64,000 bases of DNA, taken from a virus. Its lineage: Duplodnaviria; Caudoviricetes. The stretch's first letter is position 1, and every line of letters starts with the position of its first letter. Below, piece by piece: positions 8,277 through 16,472 of the stretch. The stretch lies in the IMG/VR virus record IMGVR_UViG_3300020050_014713, positions 19,713 through 83,712 of that record, one strand, 5' to 3'. The notes beneath the pieces were generated by a model. It was given only the letters and a program-made list of their open reading frames with translations, searched no databases and was not told where the DNA came from. Made by a program: the position numbers and the translations under genes.

Positions 8277-8621
8277 TTAAAGCTCTTTTAGTAGCATATC
8301 CCTAAGTTTCAAAACTTCCGGCAAATATAGAAAGTTAACGTCACCCAGCTTACCCACTAGGTACATTCCATCTTCTACTATTTGAGCAGAAACTCCACCG
8401 CCAAGTTCAAAGGTTGTAGATATTTCACACAAGGATTTGACAATGTCTTCATCGGTTGCAACAGACAATCTGCTTAGATATAGGTTTCTACATCCTGATG
8501 GAAACTTGTTTGTAAGGCATCTAACAGATGCGTATTGTCGTTCACCAAATCCACCAATCCAGTCAACCTGGTAAAGACCATCTATGTCCTTACATTTTAC
8601 AATAGTTCCAATAGGTATCAC
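8277..8621 (-). CDS. Hypothetical protein (SH3-like N-terminus)
   Basis: IPIGTIVKCKD pattern. Confidence 0.65.
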   Translation of the reverse strand: MIPIGTIVKCKDIDGLYQVDWIGGFGERQYASVRCLTNKFPSGCRNLYLSRLSVATDEDIVKSLCEISTTFELGGGVSAQIVEDGMYLVGKLGDVNFLYLPEVLKLRDMLLKEL

Positions 8622-8800
8622 AGCTTCTCCTTAGTCTCAGGAACCTTAAAAGGAACCCCTACCATTTTCTTATCATACTCTCGTATTTGATCAAGATACT
8701 TTTGTAGGATTGTATGGAATTTACCATCTATAGGAATATTGCTAGACCTGTCTAGTAAGTCCTTAAAATACTCACGCATTTCCTCCTGAAAAGTTTTCAA
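8618..8800 (-). CDS. Hypothetical protein
   Basis: ATGA overlaps. Confidence 0.55.
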   Translation of the reverse strand: MKTFQEEMREYFKDLLDRSSNIPIDGKFHTILQKYLDQIREYDKKMVGVPFKVPETKEKL

Positions 8801-9012
8801 GGACTAACTCCAAACATGTGCTGTACAAGAGCAACGACAATTGCTCCCAAAAACGTCAAGGATGCCAACGCCATCAGTCCCCAAACTAATATCGCAATAT
8901 AACTCATAGCCTTAGTGGCAGCACTACTAGGTATTGTGCTTAGTATTTCTGCAATTCCCACCAAAATAAACATTACACCAACACCTACTAGAAAATACCA
9001 TAGAAATTCCAT
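8797..9012 (-). CDS. Two-TM membrane protein
   Basis: Two long hydrophobic segments. Confidence 0.7.
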   Translation of the reverse strand: MEFLWYFLVGVGVMFILVGIAEILSTIPSSAATKAMSYIAILVWGLMALASLTFLGAIVVALVQHMFGVSP

Positions 9013-9047
9013 ATTAACAATTCCTTGTTACAATGACGTTTAATTTG

Positions 9048-9335
9048 TTAGAATATATCACATTCCTCAACCGAGTACTTAGTTCCGGTAAAAGGGTCTA
9101 GTTTAGCCTTTGGGTCCAGTTGTTGCAATTTATGCAATACGCCATCTTGCTTTTCCGCATAAGCCATAAAGTGATAATCCCCTACTCGTTCCCCAACCCT
9201 TCCTAACTCATCTAATTGATTAGCCAAGGCTTCGGCATTTTCCCGGCTATAAAATACCTTATAGACAATCCATTGCTGCCGATCAGCATATTCCCCAGTG
9301 GTACCAATAATTATATAAGCTTTAGTAGATTGCAC
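9048..9335 (-). CDS. Hypothetical phage protein
   Basis: YIIIGTTGEYAD...YSVEECD type small phage protein. Confidence 0.65.
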   Translation of the reverse strand: MQSTKAYIIIGTTGEYADRQQWIVYKVFYSRENAEALANQLDELGRVGERVGDYHFMAYAEKQDGVLHKLQQLDPKAKLDPFTGTKYSVEECDIF

Positions 9336-9475
9336 ACAGCTCCTTTACCGTTTCATTTGCAAACTGTACCACTTTTTGGTACTTTTTGCGAACGTAATGT
9401 ATTTATTTTCAGCCATTAGCTACTTCCTAGGACCATTTTACAATGCTTTGACAATGTAAAGGGCTATTATAATAG

Positions 9476-9688
9476 CTATCCTACTAAAATAGTGCCTTTA
9501 AAGATGTAATTTACCCAAGTGTCTCGGTTGTCATAGTTGGCAATGTACAAATTTGCAACAAATTCAAGGGCTTCTACGTAGCTGCCAAAGCTTTTCCTAC
9601 TGGGAGTGCAGTTTTCGGTATAGTCTACGTGCCATTTTACCTCTTTTTCTTGTACCGGGGCTTTTTGGTGCCATGCTTTTTGCGACAT
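9476..9688 (-). CDS. Hypothetical protein
   Basis: ORF; start uncertain because it overlaps 9637-9801. Confidence 0.5.
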   Translation of the reverse strand: MSQKAWHQKAPVQEKEVKWHVDYTENCTPSRKSFGSYVEALEFVANLYIANYDNRDTWVNYIFKGTILVG

Positions 9689-9801
9689 TTTGCGTTTTCT
9701 CCCTTATTTGGCGGACAAATGGGACATTTTAAGGTCAGTTTACGTTCCGCAGCCTTGTAAGTCCTGTTATCTGTGGTGGTTTTATCTTTTTTTATGCCCA
9801 T
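9637..9801 (-). CDS. 54-aa basic CxxC peptide (not in ORF track)
   Basis: MGIKKDKTTTDNRTYKAAERKLTLKCPICPPNKGENAKCRKKHGTKKPRYKKKR*. Confidence 0.55.
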   Translation of the reverse strand: MGIKKDKTTTDNRTYKAAERKLTLKCPICPPNKGENAKCRKKHGTKKPRYKKKR

Positions 9802-10253
9802 TTTGGTTTAAGCTTGTCCATTTTCCAACGTTGTCTAAGATATAGCCTATATGCTAGGTGAACATCGGCTACAGATGTGAAATCTACACCCTTTTCTTGG
9901 TTTCTGGCACAGTTTACAAATTCCGTTAGGGGTCCAGATGGCATTTTAAGCCTATTATAAGCCAAATGGGGCAGGTGCTTCTGACACCCGTGGGTTTTAC
10001 CAGTCCTAGCCTTAAAGTCCCTAGAAAGGGCTATGGCGTGCCGTAGAAGCCACGTATAGGCACCTCTTCCCTCGCTTGCCCACTTGGTGGCTGGGTGGTT
10101 TTTATGGGAAAGTTTGTAGGGTGCTGATATTCCGTTTAGGATGCAGGCTGCAGATAGAAGCTGGCAAGTTTCTACTAGCATTTTATTACGACGTTTTACG
10201 TCCAGGTATTTTGCAGATTTAACCGGGCAAGGATAGGTTGCAAATACATTCAT
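9792..10253 (-). CDS. Pyrimidine-dimer DNA glycosylase-like protein (DenV/PDG-related)
   Basis: MNVF...KMLVETCQLLS...YKLSHKNHPATKW pattern typical of this phage family; start re-called to MNVFAT. Confidence 0.7.
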   Translation of the reverse strand: MNVFATYPCPVKSAKYLDVKRRNKMLVETCQLLSAACILNGISAPYKLSHKNHPATKWASEGRGAYTWLLRHAIALSRDFKARTGKTHGCQKHLPHLAYNRLKMPSGPLTEFVNCARNQEKGVDFTSVADVHLAYRLYLRQRWKMDKLKPKWA

Positions 10254-10447
10254 TCTAGTCCCTAGGTTCTTTTGGCTTTGTAAGGTAAAATACCCAACTG
10301 CCAATTAGGTAGAATATAGCACAAAATAGAAAGAACGCTAGATATAGTTCTAGTGGGTGTGTAAGAAAATACTCTAGCAGTGCCTGTTTAAGTGTCATAG
10401 ATGCCCATATACGGACAAAAACATGGTTAATTGCTCATATATGGACA

Positions 10448-10756
10448 CTATTCTGATACCAGTCCTGGCATGGGAGCATTTAAAGCCTCTATTAGGCGTT
10501 TTAAAGCTCTTTCAGCCTGGGCGCGTGTCTGGTAGCAATTTCCTATGGTCATGCGCCCCATCGCACTATCAAAGCCATCCATAACGGCTATATCCGCTGT
10601 AACAAATGCGTGAGCGTCTAGGATGATATAGTAGTATAGCTCGCCAGGAGCAGGAACCCAAAGCACGCTATTCGCCGGGCTGAGTTTCTGGGTCTTCGTT
10701 TTCGGTAATAAACTCTGCAAAAGGTTCTTCTTTGACAATTTCAATTTCCCCGTCAA
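10448..10756 (-). CDS. Hypothetical phage protein
   Basis: WVPAPGELYYY...GNCYQTRAQAE pattern; true start probably downstream. Confidence 0.6.
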   Translation of the reverse strand: MTGKLKLSKKNLLQSLLPKTKTQKLSPANSVLWVPAPGELYYYIILDAHAFVTADIAVMDGFDSAMGRMTIGNCYQTRAQAERALKRLIEALNAPMPGLVSE

Positions 10757-10892
10757 AACAATAGCCTGAACCTCGTAGAAAGTCTTGGAAGTCTGTTAGC
10801 ACTTCTGGCAGGGTGACAGCATGTGACTGCATTTCTAGGTCTGCAGTGTCATACTGGTTGTTGGGGTCTTTTAGCTTTTTAAAAACAAACAT
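10668..10892 (-). CDS. Hypothetical phage protein
   Basis: LPEVLTDFQDFLRGSGY motif; GGAG RBS. Confidence 0.7.
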   Translation of the reverse strand: MFVFKKLKDPNNQYDTADLEMQSHAVTLPEVLTDFQDFLRGSGYCFDGEIEIVKEEPFAEFITENEDPETQPGE

Positions 10893-10912
10893 AAATCTCC
10901 TTTAGATATGGG

Positions 10913-11260
10913 TTATTTCTTAGTTCCTAAATATAAATCAACATGTAAGTTATTTTCAACAGTCTTGGGTTTATCTTCTTTTGAAATTTTAAGCATAGAA
11001 AACAACTCTTTATAATTACTAAGTTCTTGTTTAACACTATCGTAATCCGGTGCTACTGTTTTTCTCAGTTCTGCTAAAAAATTAAGAAGCGGTTGAACAT
11101 CGTTTCTTAGGTCAAACGGTTCGTCCATTGAGATATACATACGATATCCCATTGTTTCAACCTTTGCTACCAAGTCAAATTGAAGCTTGGAATTAGGTTT
11201 AAAAATGTACTCTCCAGAATTTCTTAGAGTATTAACTAGAGTCGCATAATTTTTACTCAT
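10913..11260 (-). CDS. Hypothetical protein
   Basis: Packed ORF. Confidence 0.65.
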   Translation of the reverse strand: MSKNYATLVNTLRNSGEYIFKPNSKLQFDLVAKVETMGYRMYISMDEPFDLRNDVQPLLNFLAELRKTVAPDYDSVKQELSNYKELFSMLKISKEDKPKTVENNLHVDLYLGTKK

Positions 11261-12056
11261 TTAACTTCTCAATTGGTTTAATATCTACGTCAATTCCTTC
11301 AGCAGCCATAGTTTCGGTCTTATCGCTAGTAGTCCAGAATACTAAAAGATTCCTAACTCCGCTTTCTACCTGTGCCCCACGGTGTAAGGACATACTCCCA
11401 CTAAATAGTAGCACATGTCCTTTTGGAATGGAAGCTATGTGCTCGTAAGAAAAAATTGAGGTTCTAATATCCGTTCCGCCGCCTGTATATAATTCAGGGG
11501 CTAGGTTCACTACTGCAGTCATATCGCTGTAAATATCGTTGTGCCATGTAGTTTCAGCTTTCTTATTACTATACTGAGCAAACTGAATGGTTTCTACCCG
11601 GTCTGGATACTTACACCACATTAAACCAAACAGAGGAAATAGAGCATATTGGGCAAATTCGAATAAACTAATAAATAGTTCATAATCTCTAATTTTTGTT
11701 ACAAACTCAGGAATTTGGTAGTTTTCATGCTCCTTAGGATTCACCGCCATTTGCTTGTCTTGTAGGTACGCAGTAAACAGGTCGCAAATAGTTGGGTTTA
11801 GTAGTGGGATAGATATTGCTTGTCCGTTGGCATAGATACAATTTCCGTAAAACCAATGAACAGCTTTCTGTTGATTATAAGATAGTTTATTAATATCTAG
11901 AACGTCAGCATGGTAGGATTCTAGCATTGGATTACAGATATCAATGATATCGTCAATATAGACATTAAGCTCTGGATGAATCCATTCTCTGGAGAAGGTA
12001 GCTAGGTGCGGAAGCCCCTTGTCTTGTAGGAATTGTTTAAAGGATTTACTTTCCAT
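11253..12056 (-). CDS. 2OG-Fe(II)-dependent oxygenase (prolyl/lysyl hydroxylase-like C-terminal domain)
   Basis: HxD (WHNDIYSD), GGGT, distal H and R (LHRGAQVESGVRNLLVFW). Confidence 0.8.
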   Translation of the reverse strand: MESKSFKQFLQDKGLPHLATFSREWIHPELNVYIDDIIDICNPMLESYHADVLDINKLSYNQQKAVHWFYGNCIYANGQAISIPLLNPTICDLFTAYLQDKQMAVNPKEHENYQIPEFVTKIRDYELFISLFEFAQYALFPLFGLMWCKYPDRVETIQFAQYSNKKAETTWHNDIYSDMTAVVNLAPELYTGGGTDIRTSIFSYEHIASIPKGHVLLFSGSMSLHRGAQVESGVRNLLVFWTTSDKTETMAAEGIDVDIKPIEKLNE

Positions 12057-12221
12057 TTAATTTCTTATTCCACTGCGCTTTTCGATATTGATTTAAATCT
12101 TCTTCAATTTGCTTATGTCGTTCTTCAGCTTCTTTACTAAACCGTATTATTTCTCGTTTAGAATCCTTAATTAAAAAATTTCGTCCAATAATTAAAAGCA
12201 CTAGTAATACTAGTAAACCAA

Positions 12222-12851
12222 TCATTCACTTGCCTTATTTTTATAGTTCACAATCCAGCTTTCTACTTGACCAATGGATACTGGGCGGTATGAATTCCCC
12301 ACTACCCCAATGTCCCACTGTTTATCTTGCTTAACCATTTTACCGTTTATGTTTTGTGAATGGAGGTGCCCGTGTAGAGCGAAGGAATTTCTATTGTCTA
12401 GAGAATATTGCCTATGTCTAGATTCCCCATGCCAGTTCTCTCCAGGAACATGATTGCGCATTCCAGTAGTATCTTCCCTTGGAATGCCGCGCAGCGGACA
12501 ATGAGAGAGTGTTACTTCCTCGCCAGCAATGTAAATGCTGGCACTATTCAATACAACATCAAATCCAATGTTGTACATAGCATTCATGCCTTTGTCATGG
12601 TTCCCTAAGATAAGCACCTTATGCCCATTTAAAGCTGCTGCAATCTTCTTAAGAGATTCTCTGCTGCCCATTCCAAAGTCCCCGAGAAAATAGCATACGC
12701 CATTAGCAGGAACACATGCATTGTAATTTCTTATTAAAACTTCACGCATGTGGTCCACATCGCGGAATGGACGTTGATCAAACACTATGCTGTTAGCATG
12801 GTTGTAGTGGGTATCTGATGTGAAGAATATGGGTTTACGTTCGTTAGCCAT
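12222..12851 (-). CDS. Calcineurin-like metallophosphoesterase
   Basis: FTSDTHY, LGDF, LGNHD, LSH, HGHLH motifs. Confidence 0.9.
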   Translation of the reverse strand: MANERKPIFFTSDTHYNHANSIVFDQRPFRDVDHMREVLIRNYNACVPANGVCYFLGDFGMGSRESLKKIAAALNGHKVLILGNHDKGMNAMYNIGFDVVLNSASIYIAGEEVTLSHCPLRGIPREDTTGMRNHVPGENWHGESRHRQYSLDNRNSFALHGHLHSQNINGKMVKQDKQWDIGVVGNSYRPVSIGQVESWIVNYKNKASE

Positions 12852-13144
12852 TAGCTTTGTTGGTTGATGTAACTGGCAATGTGAGAGGCACTGCCGAACA
12901 CAAAGAGTGTTTCGATATAATCTTCATCGTCAATCGCGGACAATGGATATACCTTAGTGCTGAGTTTAATTTTTGTGTAGACTTTACCTTCTGAGTCGAT
13001 GCCTTCTAGTAGGTATTCAATGTCATTGCGGTTCACGGCTACGTTAGTAGCTTTAGTAGTGAGGATGGTTTTACCAGTATTAGGATTTGTGGCAAAAGAA
13101 TTGGTTGAAAATACAATAAACATATTATTCCTCACAGGTTTCAT
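12851..13144 (-). CDS. Hypothetical protein
   Basis: Packed ORF. Confidence 0.6.
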   Translation of the reverse strand: MKPVRNNMFIVFSTNSFATNPNTGKTILTTKATNVAVNRNDIEYLLEGIDSEGKVYTKIKLSTKVYPLSAIDDEDYIETLFVFGSASHIASYINQQS

Positions 13145-13379
13145 TATAGATAATGTAGCTTTCTACGTTATAGTCTCGAATACCGTTATTGCAAGTTACG
13201 TCAAAAGTATCGTCAGTAGTTTTGTATTTAGTTTGCTTCAATACTCGTACCCCACCATTGCAAAAACAAAAGGCTTCAGCCCTAAGCATAGCTTCTGCAC
13301 GTTCAGCAGCGTGGTTTTTAAATAGCGCTCCGCAAGAAACTAGTAAGAAACTAAGGCAAATAATCTTGATCATTTTCAT
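13125..13379 (-). CDS. Putative lipoprotein
   Basis: Signal peptide with lipobox LVS-C. Confidence 0.6.
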   Translation of the reverse strand: MKMIKIICLSFLLVSCGALFKNHAAERAEAMLRAEAFCFCNGGVRVLKQTKYKTTDDTFDVTCNNGIRDYNVESYIIYNETCEE

Positions 13380-13638
13380 CCCCAGATTTATATTGGTACT
13401 GCAGTTGTTCTAGGCTAATTCGTTTATCATCTTTATCTAACAAAATAAATTTACCATCTCGCATATCAATTCTAAGTGAAATGTACTTACATCTACTGTT
13501 ATAAATCCAACCCCAAGATTTATTTAAGCTAAACATTCCACCTTCAGTAGCTTTTTTAATAAAGGAAATAACTTCCTCTAGGTTAGTATCCCAGATATTT
13601 TCTTTTTGTTTTAGTTCTAAAATTTTGTCTCGTTTCAT
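13351..13638 (-). CDS. Hypothetical protein
   Basis: Packed ORF. Confidence 0.6.
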   Translation of the reverse strand: MKRDKILELKQKENIWDTNLEEVISFIKKATEGGMFSLNKSWGWIYNSRCKYISLRIDMRDGKFILLDKDDKRISLEQLQYQYKSGDENDQDYLP

Positions 13639-13991
13639 TTAATTTCCTGTTTGCAGTCTGGACAATATTTAAAAACTACAGCGTTAGTACCCATGCCTAC
13701 GTAACTATTTCGAGCATTGGTGTGCCAGCATTTGGGATTGGAGGTAGCTTTCATGCCTTGAAGAATTTGATTTTCCAAAGGTTCCATTTTAGCTAGATAT
13801 TCTCTAATGTAAGTATCAGTTGCAACTAACACAAACCTACTACAGTCAAACATAGAACCACCTGTATTTTTTAGTATAACTTGCTCACCTTTTGCAAATG
13901 TACTTTCTACAATATATGATTTTCCAACCTGTAGTATTTTTTCTACGTCAGTATTGTCAATGCATTTAACAATATCGCCTTTAGTAAACAT
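13635..13991 (-). CDS. SH3-like protein with C-terminal CxH...CxxC zinc motif; first gene after the structured RNA
   Basis: TTAGGAGTACT-ATG RBS; FTKGDIVKCID; KYCPDCK. Confidence 0.75.
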   Translation of the reverse strand: MFTKGDIVKCIDNTDVEKILQVGKSYIVESTFAKGEQVILKNTGGSMFDCSRFVLVATDTYIREYLAKMEPLENQILQGMKATSNPKCWHTNARNSYVGMGTNAVVFKYCPDCKQEIK

Positions 13992-14005
13992 AGTACTCCT
14001 AAGAT

Positions 14006-14205
14006 GGGATAGGTAGGACGCTACTCCTACTTACTGTGAAACTCTGCGCCCTTATTTTGCGTCGCGCGGTCCGACTGGTTGGACGACCGTTCACAGCTAC
14101 GGTATCCAATATATTTTCCACAGATTCATTTCTTTTGCGTGTCTCCAGTGCTGACTCGAACGGTGTTGCCACCTCGCCAGACACAGCTTTCCACGCCGCT
14201 ATCCC
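14006..14205 (-). ncRNA. About 200-nt structured RNA (ncRNA or cis-regulatory leader), family unknown
   Basis: GC-rich island starting at the predicted TSS; terminal helix GGGATAG/CTATCCC; internal helices CTGGC/GTCAG, GGTG-GCAA-CACC (GNRA loop), CTGTGAA/TTCACAG, CGGTC/GACCG, GTAGGA/TCCTAC. Confidence 0.75.
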
Positions 14206-14211
14206 AAAACT

Positions 14212-14240
14212 AGAATACGTTTTTACTCAAAAAATGTCAA
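14212..14240 (-). promoter_or_regulatory. sigma70-type promoter TTGACA-N17-TATTCT
   Basis: Consensus -35, 17-nt spacer, 4/6 match to -10; predicted +1 is G14205, the first base of the structured RNA. Confidence 0.8.
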
Positions 14241-14250
14241 TAGACTGTGG

Positions 14251-14445
14251 CTATTTTATAACTTTTACTTGTTCAATTGGAACTGCGCAAATATATCCAG
14301 TATCTAGCTGCACTATTGCGTAAAAATAATTGGTTGCATATCGATTGACATTTGGAATGATATCCATTAGAATGCCATCAACTTCTTTCATTTCATAATG
14401 TTCTGCACAAATTTCTGCTTTTACAATTTGACCGTATTTACTCAT
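14251..14445 (-). CDS. Hypothetical protein
   Basis: Packed ORF. Confidence 0.6.
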   Translation of the reverse strand: MSKYGQIVKAEICAEHYEMKEVDGILMDIIPNVNRYATNYFYAIVQLDTGYICAVPIEQVKVIK

Positions 14446-14746
14446 AATCTACTACCTCTTCCAATATTTCTATGTCTACGCCCGGTTCTAGATTGTCGCT
14501 AGGTCCCATTCCACCGTCTATATTAATCATCCATGCATAATGTCTTGTTCCCATTGATGCATAACTAGGCTTCAATCCATCATTATATACGGTCTTAACT
14601 TCGTCTTTTAGTCCATGTAGAACATTGTAAGAACCGTAAACATCTCTAAGAAACTTAACTCTATAATAGCCCTTCTTTAAGGGCTTAACTTTTCTCCCAT
14701 CTTCCAAGATAATGATAAAGTTATTAAACTTCTCCTTTTTACTCAC
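14438..14746 (-). CDS. Hypothetical protein
   Basis: Packed ORF. Confidence 0.65.
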   Translation of the reverse strand: MSKKEKFNNFIIILEDGRKVKPLKKGYYRVKFLRDVYGSYNVLHGLKDEVKTVYNDGLKPSYASMGTRHYAWMINIDGGMGPSDNLEPGVDIEILEEVVDYE

Positions 14747-15036
14747 TTTGCGCCATCTGGAAATATCTCAGGGTCTTCGTCTTCCCACTCATTTACTTCG
14801 TATGGTGAGTTATCAGGATGTTTACAGTAAGCTCTTTGTTGCGCTGCGTAATCGGCGTGTGCCCAAGAGCTTAAATGTTTAAACTTGGAATTGACAGTCT
14901 TAGGAGGTAACATTCCAGCGTTTTCCATTAGTTCTAGAAGACGCTCTGTGGTTTCTTTACTCATGTAAAGATCGTAATTATGTTCAACATCTTGAATGTA
15001 TTCCCACATTAATTCTAGCATTTCAGAACGCTTCAC
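14743..15036 (-). CDS. Hypothetical protein
   Basis: MKRSEML...MLPP family; similar pattern in 17224-17457. Confidence 0.65.
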   Translation of the reverse strand: MKRSEMLELMWEYIQDVEHNYDLYMSKETTERLLELMENAGMLPPKTVNSKFKHLSSWAHADYAAQQRAYCKHPDNSPYEVNEWEDEDPEIFPDGAK

Positions 15037-15253
15037 TGTCTACCTCATTTATAATTAGCTCTTCAAAAAATTCAAAGTCACTTTTGGCGTTTTGCGAACG
15101 AATATAGAGATTTCGGTACTCAACTGGTAAAGTTTCCTCTACACAATGCTTATAAAACCTAAGAGCTACCAATTCATCAGTAAAAAAGTGTCTAAATTTT
15201 GGACTATCACACTTTACTAAAAATAAATTAGGTTTCATTTTCTTTTCCACCAT
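15023..15253 (-). CDS. Hypothetical protein
   Basis: Packed ORF. Confidence 0.55.
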   Translation of the reverse strand: MVEKKMKPNLFLVKCDSPKFRHFFTDELVALRFYKHCVEETLPVEYRNLYIRSQNAKSDFEFFEELIINEVDSEAF

Positions 15254-15444
15254 TTTACGTCTTCAGTTTTAATAGTTACATATTCAAATTGATTATAAGC
15301 CTTGCCAATGTATTGAACCAAGTTATCTTTCTTTCGAAGATATCTAACCTTGCATTTATAGCCGGTGCTACATGGATACACTGCCATTATATGCAGATAC
15401 AAGTCTGAGTGTGCTGCAGTGTGAATCCAGTAACCTACTGTCAT
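15235..15444 (-). CDS. Hypothetical protein
   Basis: Packed ORF. Confidence 0.55.
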   Translation of the reverse strand: MTVGYWIHTAAHSDLYLHIMAVYPCSTGYKCKVRYLRKKDNLVQYIGKAYNQFEYVTIKTEDVKWWKRK

Positions 15445-15623
15445 TTTTTATTTTCTAAATAGTTGGTTTTGAATGCTGGAGGAAGTGCAACTCCCTTGCC
15501 ATAATGTTTTTTTAGACGCTTATAGAGCTTATAGTTATCCCTGTCATTTTTATCAGCCTTTAGGTTAATAGCTTTGCCTTCACGAGCGTCATAACGTAAG
15601 ATCTTAGCTTTACTTGCGCGCAT
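15441..15623 (-). CDS. Small basic protein
   Basis: GGAG RBS; Lys/Arg-rich. Confidence 0.6.
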   Translation of the reverse strand: MRASKAKILRYDAREGKAINLKADKNDRDNYKLYKRLKKHYGKGVALPPAFKTNYLENKK

Positions 15624-15624
15624 T

Positions 15625-15873
15625 TTAATCTCCCTTTTCTTCAGTAATGTACTCTACCCACGATGTGCGGATAGTAGTAAGATATTGTTTATTATTATAA
15701 GTTGTTTCAATAGTGATAAACTCATTTTCTAGCAAATCCATACCAAAGAAGCATTCAAAATCTTCAGTAAGGTAGCCGTCTAGTGTTACATCTGACAGCT
15801 TTATGCTAATTTTTCTGCGTACTGTAGGCGGTTGTTTATTATCTGATCCACCATTTTTAAATATCTCAAGCAT
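15625..15873 (-). CDS. Hypothetical protein
   Basis: Packed ORF. Confidence 0.6.
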   Translation of the reverse strand: MLEIFKNGGSDNKQPPTVRRKISIKLSDVTLDGYLTEDFECFFGMDLLENEFITIETTYNNKQYLTTIRTSWVEYITEEKGD

Positions 15874-16100
15874 TAGTTTAACCCGGAAATAGAAATAGTT
15901 TTAAAGCTCATATCTACCTTACTAATATACTCAACAGCTTCTTGCTTATAGATTTCAGCAGATTCTTTAGACATAAAAGCATCAATTGTCTTAAAAGCTT
16001 CCATAAGAACTGAGTACCTAGTATCCGTAGATAGCTGAGAATCTACTGCAAACCTATACCGTTGCATATAATTTGAGATATCAAATACTTCAGTTGACAT
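15873..16100 (-). CDS. Hypothetical protein
   Basis: Packed ORF. Confidence 0.6.
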   Translation of the reverse strand: MSTEVFDISNYMQRYRFAVDSQLSTDTRYSVLMEAFKTIDAFMSKESAEIYKQEAVEYISKVDMSFKTISISGLN

Positions 16101-16265
16101 AACCCACCAAATTCCTAAAAATTGCAGTTCCTAAAAGTGAAAATAAAATTGCCAAGATAATTCCTAAGCTAATTCTAGTTCCAGTTACTTTTTCATCCAG
16201 GCGAACTAATTGTCTAGCCAATATACCAGACATAAACCCTATAACGCCGTGTGCTAGTAGGAAAA

Positions 16266-16472
16266 TCATTCGGATTCCCCAAGAATTTTAACTTCGTCTA
16301 CATTCAACAGACGTTTATACATCTCTTTTACCATAAAAATAGAATCTTCAATAGAGTCAATGGTGTTTACCACCTTGTCTTTCCGTATCATAAACCTAAG
16401 CATCTCATTGCATTGGTTTCCAAAAACTAGGATATCCTGTTTGTTTGAAATTGTAAATACCTTCTTGCTCAT
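16266..16472 (-). CDS. Hypothetical protein
   Basis: ATGA overlap. Confidence 0.55.
   Translation of the reverse strand: MSKKVFTISNKQDILVFGNQCNEMLRFMIRKDKVVNTIDSIEDSIFMVKEMYKRLLNVDEVKILGESE

Noticed and set aside
9448-9473. Perfect TTGACA and TATAAT hexamers within a 14-bp palindrome (GCTATTATAATAGC, 9463-9476)
   Set aside because: The spacer is only 14 nt and the orientation is antisense to surrounding genes; it could be an operator, but a single copy is insufficient evidence.
9705-9790. tRNA-like 3' end (...GTCCCATTTGTCCGCCA) on the minus strand
   Set aside because: No TTC loop or matching acceptor 5' strand; the region is better explained by the 54-aa basic ORF.
14150-14165. GTTCGAGTC T-loop-like sequence as a tRNA gene
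   Set aside because: No 5-bp T stem, acceptor stem or CCA; kept only as a motif inside the ncRNA candidate.
13999-14184. 61-aa minus-strand ORF (and the 95-aa plus-strand ORF 14036-14323) over the structured RNA
   Set aside because: Non-ATG start with no RBS and atypical GC-rich codons; the sequence is better explained by base-pairing constraints.
14006-14205. RNase P, tmRNA, 6S or c-di-GMP riboswitch identity for the structured RNA
   Set aside because: GTGGAAAGCTG only loosely resembles GAGGAAAGUCC and no CR-V is present; there is no tRNA-like end or tag; the fold is branched rather than a rod; GACGCAAA lacks the rest of the GEMM architecture. Needs cmscan to exclude formally.
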